Of a stretch of 64,000 bases of DNA, positions 54,607 through 64,000 are shown in pieces. Position numbers and translations under genes: made by a program. The first letter of the stretch is position 1, and each line of letters opens with the position of its first letter. Source of the DNA: Octopus vulgaris (Eukaryota); assembly GCA_951406725.2 (NCBI GenBank), contig OX597837.1, positions 15,500,001 through 15,564,000 of the forward strand, given 5' to 3'. The notes under the pieces were generated by a model. That model ran no database searches and was not told the DNA's origin. It worked only from the letters and a program-made list of their open reading frames with translations.

Positions 54607-55560
54607 ATTAGGTTCGCAACTAAGTTCCTGCCGTTTTTTAAAATTTAATTTTTTTAAAAGGTTTAATAAAAGATAACAACTAATTAATCAATAATGTATT
54701 CATCCTTATGGTTTACAACTTCTTCCCAACGTTCGACAAGATTTTCAATACCTTGTTGGTAGGAATCCTCCGATTTCGATTCGAAAGACTGATCCAACCA
54801 AGTTCTCAGTTCTGAATCAGTATTGAACCAAACTCCGCACATAGCATTTGAAAGGGATCGAAAGAGGTGGAAATCCGTTGGTGCCAAATCAGGAGAGTAC
54901 GGCGGGTGTGGCAGCACTTCCCAGCCATGCGTTTGAATGGCTTCCTTGGTCATATTGGCGATATGAGGGCGGGCGTTGTCATGCAGCTGAAGAACTTCAT
55001 CCTGCCGATTAGGTCTTTTCTCTTAAATAACCGTGTTGAGTCATTTCGTCTGTTGAACACAGAGTTCCGCGTTGACCGTTTGGTTCCGTTCAAGCAATTC
55101 GTAATCGATAATCCCTTCCCAGTCGCACCATACGCACAACATCGTTTTACGCGGATGAAGATCTTGTTTCACGCGCGGTGTCGCTTGTTGACCAGGGCTA
55201 AGCCATCCTTACGCGGCTTCATATTGATGTACAGGCACCATTTTTCGTCGCCAGGAACGATTCGATAAAGAACTCGTTGGTTGTGTCCATGAGTTGAGGG
55301 TGACGAGCAAGCAAACCAGCGGAGATTGTGGCTCGTTGATTTTTGTTGTTGTCACTTAAAGCATGCAGAACCCATGCCCCATACTTCTGAACCTTTCCCA
55401 TCGAGTGAAGATGCTTCTCTATAGCAGTATGGGAGCATCCCATTTTCTCTGCCAGTTTCCTTGTCGTTTGACGAGAATTATCATGCAAAAGTTGGTTTAA
55501 TCGCTCTTCATCGAACTCAACTGAATAGCCAGAACGAGGTGTGTCTTTGGGGTCAAAATT
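54607..55560 (-). mobile_element. Mariner transposon, 5'-truncated pseudogene
   Basis: GWEVLPHPPYSPDLAPTDFHLFRSL..ERWEEVVNHKDEYIID, LHDNARPH and KYGAWVLHALSDNNKNQR. A 3' TIR-like sequence tattaggttcgcaactaagttcctgccg lies at 54607. Confidence 0.9.
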
Positions 55561-55574
55561 CTTGAAGTCTTCAC

Positions 55575-56125
55575 GGTCTGTCTTGTCGCCTAAATGCTGA
55601 TCGCTTCGCTCGTCACACCGAGCTAAACTTAATCATTAAGCGGTCCCTGATTAGGATTAATATCTCCTCAGTTCTTGAGCCGTCGGGGCTACCAAAAGTG
55701 ATGGAAAGGGATCATATGGCCTTGCCCTCTGTCCCTGTATTAAAAGTAGCTGCCTCATTTGGGATCCCACTGTCTGTGACTCTTTTGCTCCCTTCCACAC
55801 CCTGGATGCTGCAGCTAATGGGAAGGTCACTGCTTCCGTAGCCGAACGGAAGAAGACCCTGAGGTATCAGAACCTGACAGTGAACTGTCTCTTCCAGTCT
55901 GTGGCGTTCGGGATGTTCGGAAGGACTGGGCCACTAATTGCGAAGTCCTTGTCAACGTTGGCAGCTCGCCTCACCGAGGTGTCAGGTAATGCCCGTTAGG
56001 GCGCTTGGCTTTCCCAACGCCTTAGCCTCGCCATCGCCCGCGGTAATGCTGCGAGCGTGCTGGCTTGCTTCAGTAGGTTCCGTTAAACTCTGTGATGTAC
56101 GACAAGTTGCAGTGATAAAAAAAAA
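55575..56125 (+). mobile_element. CRE-clade non-LTR retrotransposon 3' fragment (RLE domain)
   Basis: SCRLNADRFARHTELNLIIKRSL..SVLEPSGL..CLIWDPTVCDSFAP..AERKKTLRY..QRLSLAIARGNAASVLA, then an A-tail at ~56115. It truncates the adjacent mariner. Confidence 0.75.
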
Positions 56126-56516
56126 CCTCCCTTTAAATGGTTTCAATACAATTTTAACAGAAATGTTTGGAAAGTTCTCCGGAAATTTTCTTTCATGTTA
56201 ATTCAAAAATTTGCCAGCAAAATCTTATAAAATGAGAATGATCGAAAAGATGTGCATGTTTATATGTTATGAAAAAGAAATTTATTATTGTTTATCAAAA
56301 TCTCAACAGACTCCAATATTTTTTCCGTACATGACTATTGCAGAAAGTTATGAGGGGCCCATCAAACTAATTATGACCGTAGGGCCACTTCGTGAAGACA
56401 AGGCAAACAAATTGTTCGTAAAAAGCTATTTGTTGGAGCTGTACCAAAGTTACTGTCCCATCCTGGTGTCCCAAGTCTTTTAATCATTAAAAATTAGCCA
56501 AAATATTAACAAAAAG

Positions 56517-56759
56517 GGCGGAGGCAATGGCTGTGTGATTAAGAAGCTTCCTTTTCAACCAACGGGGTTTCGGGTTCAGTCCCATTGTGTGGCACCATGG
56601 GCAAGTGTCTTCTACTACAGCTCCGGGTTGACCGATGCCTTCTGAATGAATTTGGTAAACGAAAACAGTGCGGAAGCCCGTCGTCATTATTCTTTGAACG
56701 TCCGTTTTCCATGCTGACATGGGTTGGACTATTTGATATGGAACTGGCCAGAATCTAAT

Positions 56760-56793
<34 letters not shown>

Positions 56794-56960
56794 GATTTAC
56801 TTACGTCCCCGTCACTTAGCAGTTCGGCAAAACAGATTGATAAAATATATATCAAAGTTGAAGAAGAATGTACAGGATTCGATATATTCGACTGATACCT
56901 TCAAGGCGATGCCCCATCATGGCCGCAGTCCAGTGACTGAAATAAGTAAAAAGAAAAGAT
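56517..56960 (+). mobile_element. SINE family A
   Basis: tggctgtgtg..gggttcagtccc..ggcaagtgtcttctac..ccgcagtc..gactgaaataagtaaaaga. Confidence 0.75.
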
Positions 56961-57737
56961 AAAAAATAAAACGAGCCAAAATGAGCTTCGGGGGTGAGGT
57001 GGGGTGGTGTCTCAACCTGCTAGAAATAGCAGCCAAATTATAATACACTCATTGAAGTTACACCACACTCTCTTGAAAAATACAAAATAAAGAAGAACAC
57101 GTCAGATAATATAGTTTATAGCCAATCAAAATCACTGAAGATAATATAGTGTATAGCTTATCAAAAGCATTGAACTGTCACGACTGGAAAATCTTTGCAC
57201 AAAAATCGATCTTGGCCTAAGCGATAACAAAAACGAAGGGAAGATAAATCGTGTTGTTACTTTGTATAACATGGTGACCTCCCTTGCACTGCGAAAGCAT
57301 ATGAGAAACTATTTTCCTTGGAATTGCGGCGAGTTTCTTGAAATAACGGGAAACTGATGGGAGTTTATTTATTTGCTTGTGTGTTTATTTCTCCATTTAC
57401 TTTTGTATTTATTTTATATCACTATTGATGGATTATTGGTTTATTAGTTACGTTTCTGCACTGAGAGAGACAAGAGAATGACTGACGCAAAATATGAAAT
57501 TTTATTACTGAAATCCCCTTTTTTTCTTTCAGATTTCTCTTTAACGACAATACAAAAGACATCACCACACACATACATATATTATGTCATGTGTGTGTGT
57601 GTGTGTGAGTGTGTGTGTGTGTGTTTTCTATGACTGGGCATATAATTAACTTCCTATAAATATATTAATGCTCTTACAATGTGTCTGTGTATATATATGT
57701 GTGTGTGTGTGTCTGTGTATATGAGGTCTCTCATATA

Positions 57738-58490
<753 letters not shown>

Positions 58491-58498
58491 ACACACAC

Positions 58499-58597
<99 letters not shown>

Positions 58598-59122
58598 CAC
58601 ATTGTAAGAGCATTAATATATTTATAGGAAGTTAATTATATGCCCAGTCATAGAAAACACACACACACTCACACATAAACACACGTAAGTGGAATTGAAA
58701 AGTTATTTGCACTTCCACCATGGCCGCATCAGCGTTCGCCTGCGGAAGGGTGGGACTCACGTGGTTACGCAACTGACGACGCTTGACCTACATCGCTCCA
58801 GTTTTCCTTCTTGTATTACAAAAGTAAGCAAGGCCGCTGCTCCTCTCGCAATCTGCACCAGGGAAGAACAGAGGATGAGGGATTCGATTTCTTTGGTCTG
58901 AAGGTGCGTCCGAGGCTGACATTTACAGCAGGCTTTCAATACAATACGCGAGAAGCGTTCTGTTGCATTGTGGTGTGCATCAGTGGCCCGAGAAGTTTTT
59001 TACGACGGTAAACTGCACGTTAACCAAATATTTATGATAGACAAATGACAAATCCCAAAACAATATCCTCTTTTTCCTCCACTGTGAACACGGCAAACTT
59101 TGGTAATAATTTTCTAACAGTA

Positions 59123-59705
59123 AGGCGGCGAGCTGGCAGAAACATTAGCACGCCGGGCGAAATGCTTAGCAGTATTTCGTCTGCCGCTACGTTCTGAGTT
59201 CAAATTCTGCCGAGGTCGATTTTGCCTTTCATCCTTTCGGGATCGATTAAATAAGTACCAGTTACGCGCTGGGGTCGATATAATCAACTTAATCCGTTTG
59301 TCTGTCCTTGTTTGTCCCCTCTGTGTTTAGCTCCTTGTGGGTAGTAAAGAAATAGGTATTTCGTCTGCCTTTACGTTCTGAGTTCAAATTCCGCCGAGGT
59401 CGACATTGCCTTTCATTCTTTCGGGATCGATTAAATAAGTACCAGTTACGCGCTGGGGTCGATATAATCAACTTAATCCGTTTGTCTGTCCTTGTTTGTT
59501 CTCTCTGTGTTTAGCCTCTTGGGGGTAGTAAAAACATAGTTATTTCCTCTGTCTTAACGCTCTGAGTTCAAATTCCGCTGAGGTCGACTTTGCCTTTCAT
59601 CCTTTCGGGGTCGATAAATAAAGTACCAGTTGCGTACTGGGGATCGATTCAATCGACTGGACTCCCCCAAAAAAAAATTTCGAGCCTTGTACCTAGAGTA
59701 GAAAT
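59123..59705 (+). mobile_element. SINE family B with tandemly triplicated 3' portion
   Basis: Full copy 59123-59355, followed by two repeats of the ttacgttctgagttcaaattccgccgaggtcgac.. body. Confidence 0.85.
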
Positions 59706-60744
59706 AAATATTATTTTAACAATACCCATAGAATTCCACAGTAAATAGGCAATTTTTAAAAGATTGTACGTTTATATGAAACTATAAAAATCTGTGTTCC
59801 TTTGTAGATCGTATATTCTGCATTATTTTCATTAAAAAATACTTTTCAGTTCTTCTGGATGAATCTGTAATTGAAGAAGTATAAGTTTCTCATTCTCTCA
59901 GCAGTTTAGAGGTTCATTTATAATTTAAGAGCTTCACAAATGATCACCGAAAATATTCATGTCACCAATGTTGTGCCTTTCAACCATATGTTTACAGTTT
60001 TTGCGATCTTATCTCTCCCTTTCATTCTATGTTCTATCTTGAGCTCGTTATCTGTTGTAAATACTCTCTCTAAACTCCTCGATTCATGGCTTTCCCTCCT
60101 ACACGCTGATCCTCCCGTGATTGTTCTAATTGTTCGCCCCTTGCTTCTCTTTACGTCGTTGCCTTCTTCACCGTCTCATACTTTCTCTTGTTCGCTTACA
60201 TCGTCTGTCATCAGTATTTTATAGGCAAATATCAATTTCCAAGCGAGCAGACAATAAATAATTGCACTTATGCGCATGCGTTAAGTGATAGGCAATATGA
60301 AAAAAAAGCAAAACAAAACTTAGTTCAATTGAAAATGAAACTACATGTTTCACTGCCCACTCACCGCCGCCACCTCCAACGCCATCATCATCATCATCAT
60401 CAGTAACAAAGCTCAGTTTAAGTTGTTTGCCAACCAAGATTATTTCATTTCAGTTCAGTTCGGTTTGTTTTTATCCACTTTTCTTGCTGGGGAACCTTGT
60501 ACGTGGGTACAAAGTGAGCTTCTCAACAACTTAACCGATTTTTAATTCAGAGTGTAATCTAATTCAATTTCGAAGAAATGAAAGCGAAGGAAAATGCGAA
60601 ACGAAACAAACGCAAAGGTGGTGTTTCTGCGAAGGTGAAGGAAGTATTCTTAAAAATCGGACCAAAGACTCAAACCCGTGAAACCGTGCAGAACGAACAT
60701 CAAAGGGTTAGCTGTAGTTCCTTTGTTTATGCAGAGGAAGGGGG

Positions 60745-60997
60745 AGGGAGGGACGTCACGAAGTGACCGGAAGGGGAACGAAATGACGTCACATCACGTA
60801 GCGATAGGTTGAAGACGGCCCCTTTCTTACAGGGTTTACGACGAGGTCAAGTCGTGTGCTGGGAGCTCTCGTAGAGTAGTGGTCCTTTCTAGGCAATTGT
60901 CGTGAGAGCTTGCACGTAGTTACAACTGTGACGTCGAGCTGATTTCCCGTGATCCGACGCTTGCACGGGTTGCCCCTTTGTGCAACTCGAGGTAAGA
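60745..60997 (+). promoter_or_regulatory. Putative CpG-rich promoter and non-coding first exon
   Basis: CRE palindrome TGACGTCA at 60784-60791, half-CRE gacgtca at ~60752, ETS site ACCGGAAG at 60766-60773, locally high CpG, and splice donor GAG|GTAAGA at 60991/60992. Confidence 0.4.
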
Positions 60998-61544
60998 GTG
61001 ACTTGATCTCGTGCCTCACAACGGCTTCGCGGTATTTCGTCCGTCTTTACGTTCTGAGTTCAAATTCGACCGAGGACGACTTTATTTTTCATCCTTTCGG
61101 GATCAATCAAATTAAGTACCAGTCAAGCACTGAGATCGATGAAATTGACCAGCTCCCACCCCTAAAATTTCAGTCCCATGGTAGAAAGGATTATTATAAT
61201 TACTTTTAAGGGGAACAATGGGAGTTTTCACATTACTTATAACATTTTTACTGTCCCCCTCCCCACTGAATAGATGACTTATTCAAGATTTTTGCTTCCT
61301 ACCGAGAATTGGCCATCGACGACCTCTCTCCATTGTCTGCGACTCTTTGGCTGTCTTTATTGCTTCGTTCCAGTTGGTTCCTGTCCTCAGCTGTTTTTAG
61401 GGCGTCCTCTCGTGTTTTCATTCTGGGTTCCGGGTCAGGAAGTGCAATGCAAGATTTTGGCTTCGTCCTTTGGGATTTTGTTGCTTCGCGTCAAATGTTT
61501 CTCTGAGAGAACGTCTTTGTTTCCTCGGTCTTGTCGGGTTTTGT

Positions 61545-61720
61545 TATTGATGAGATTTTCTAGGTTGGGGGTGTTAACCCTACGCAACCCCCTTTTTAGT
61601 TCTAGGAACAGTGGCCCGTTTTAGTTTGACCTCTGTCCTTTGACCTGTCCAACCTGGGAAGCCTTGGCATAGCTCTGAGAATTGTTGAGGCATACAAGCC
61701 ATCACACCACGACAAGGGCA
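61545..61720 (-). mobile_element. Probable RTE-type LINE 5' UTR remnant
   Basis: Contains ttaaccctacgcaacccc..ctttgacctgtcc..ggcatagctct..cacaccacgacaagg, a pattern typical of RTE 5' ends (recall). Confidence 0.35.
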
Positions 61721-61869
61721 GGATCTCATGATGAGAACAGTTTAACGGTAGCTATAAAAACTTGATTAAAAATATATCTGTATCACTTTCTGTCTTAATT
61801 AGTGTGAAACAGTATTGTGCTTTAATACCGATTCTTCATTAGCATGATTTCTATCATGTTGCAAGAAGC

Positions 61870-62185
61870 CTTTAGAATACACACCTTCATAACATGACGG
61901 TGAGTTCTGTTTACCCAGACCCGGTCGGCAGGATGGTGATCTTGGACATAAGCAGCAAAGAAGGTAACGCTGGAGTCTTCAGACTAACGGCAGACTATGC
62001 TCCAGCTGGACGGGTTTCTTTAGTCGTCTAGAGACTTCCCTAGGAACTTACCGCTCATTAGTGTTAGTGGACGACTGAAATGGAATCTTAGACAAGAGCA
62101 AAGATTATGTGTGAGTAGCCGATAGGAAGGAGGGGTGTAAACACCCTCGCTAACCTTCCAACTTCCAACTGTATGACAGGCTTCA
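61870..62185 (+). mobile_element. Decayed L1/Tx1-like endonuclease fragment
   Basis: DPVGRMVILDI..VFRLTADYAP resembles the APE motif D..GR..LD..FRL.AVYAP. Confidence 0.4.
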
Positions 62186-62306
<121 letters not shown>

Positions 62307-62832
62307 GAGTGAGAGAGCAGTGCATGTCATCAAAGTGACACTGGGGTAAAATATACGAAGTCTAGTATACACACCATGACTACCCGTCTTATAAGGGTAC
62401 ACCGGGTACATGCATCACAACCATATGTGTGTGACATGGTGATCTTATATCAAGGAAAACAGCACATGACCTTGCAGGTGGGGCCCAGTTAGAAAGTTCT
62501 TCTGGTCGAGTAACCCATCCTACTCAAAAGGTCCTTGAATAAGGTTTGTTTAAGGATGTTGAACAAAACACCTATATTTCCAAAGGTGAAATATCCAAAC
62601 CCCTAAGAATTCCTCTCAACACACGGCTATGATGCTCCCCCACTACTTCTGCTTGTGATCAGAGATGCACATATCGTCAGCCACTAAGGGACATGCTCAA
62701 CTGGTTAAGGTCAAACAACTGACAAGCAAATCTGTGGTATTGAGCAGAACATTTGCTGTAGTCCATCTTTTATACCAAGACAAAACAATGTACATGATAA
62801 CACTTCCAATCAGTTCAGATCAGAAGCCACGA
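62307..62832 (-). mobile_element. Dispersed LINE-derived repeat abutting (ATT)n
   Basis: Complex sequence directly attached to the (TTA)n run 62186-62306, the same context as the Dong fragments. No intact ORF. Confidence 0.35.
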
Positions 62833-62879
62833 GGTCCAATATATCATCATCATCATCATTATTATTGCACAGCACTTTG

Positions 62880-63160
62880 AGCAAGTTTTTTCTACTGGAC
62901 TGACCAATGGCTTGTGAGTGAATCTGGAAGACGGAAACTGCGAGGATGTGTGTGTGTGTGTGTGTGCGTGTGTATTTCTTTGTGTCTGTCGCTCCAGTGT
63001 TACTTTGTTTCCGTTCCCGTAGCTTAGCGATGCAGCAAAAGAGAGTGACAGAGTAAGTACTACACTTCAAAAATAAATACTGAGTCTACTTGTCGGACTA
63101 AACCTTTAAAGGTGATGCCCCAGCATGGCCGCAGTCTAATGACTGAAACAAAAGATAAAA
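62880..63160 (+). mobile_element. SINE family A, decayed
   Basis: cttgtgagtgaatctggaagacggaaactg..cagcatggccgcagtctaatgactgaaac. Confidence 0.65.
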
Positions 63161-63176
63161 AGTACACACACACACA

Positions 63177-63241
<65 letters not shown>

Positions 63242-64000
63242 CGTGCTCTTTTGAATCTTAAGGATTTCTCTTTTACAGAACAAGTTCAAATATGTTGTCA
63301 TTGTTTAAATTTAGGTCAGCGCTAACCTAGTAGATCAGTAATCAAAGATATTCCAACCGTGACCACCTGGTTAACCTATAAACAACTACGAACAACAGGA
63401 CTATATTCTTCCGATATCTCTCATTCCGCATTCCAGACGATAGACTGCAACTTGAGGGAGATCTGGCTACTACTTCTAGCAGGTTGAACCACAGTCTACA
63501 GAGGCTGCTTCTTTGGCTCCTACTGGAAAATATAAAAACTATTAGCGTAGGTAATTATAAATTATAATCATTAATTAAAATCATTATCAGGACGGCGAAC
63601 TGACTCAATCGTTAGTGTCGAACAAGACGCTTTGATAGTATTTTTTCTGACCCTTTACATTTTGGTTTCAAATCACACAGAGACCACACCTTTGCCTTTC
63701 TTCTCAAAGGGGTCAATAAAATAAAGTATCAGTCAAGCCCTGCGGTCGATGTAATCGACTCACGCACCACCTCCAAATTTCCTGGCCTTGTTCCCAAATT
63801 AGAAGCCATTATAGAAGTCAGCCGTCTGCTATGCGTTTTACTCATTTCCGAAGAATTCCGAACATCGAGTTTTCAGACAGCGGGAATCATGTTGTTTTTT
63901 AGGCCCCTAATCCGCTCTGATTACAGCGAAGTTCCATAATGAAAGACATGCCCATGTCGTGGAGATCCCGTCATTTTGTCAATTCGATATCTCTTTCCTT

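Noticed and set aside
58700-59011. GC-rich segment with perfect Kozak CCACCATGG
   Set aside because: The frame stops after 18 codons and no recognisable product appears in any frame; possibly a transposon remnant.

Overview
AT-rich, microsatellite-saturated animal (eukaryotic) DNA. The SINE families and repeat landscape point to a coleoid cephalopod such as Octopus (inference). No host protein-coding gene can be supported; nearly all ORFs in the track are translations of simple repeats. The window is a transposon graveyard. It holds one nearly intact Penelope-like retroelement (PLE; RT + CxCx5C + C-terminal GIY-YIG, probably Hydra-type) with an inverted pseudo-LTR, and two further decayed PLEs of the same architecture. 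It also holds fragments of R4/Dong, RTE, HERO, CRE and L1/Tx1 LINEs, three mariners, a Mutator transposase, non-autonomous Helitrons (three in tandem), many tRNA-derived SINEs and a U6 snRNA pseudogene. A CpG-rich putative promoter/first exon lies near 60.8 kb. The most striking signal is a set of at least 6 well-formed (plus several decayed) minimal hammerhead-ribozyme-like motifs in PLE tails next to (TA)n, several with non-canonical cores (CCGAAGA, CCGACGA, extra nucleotide at the stem II junction). There are also repeated perfect short inverted copies of nearby sequence, consistent with self-priming/template-switching activity at (TA)n.
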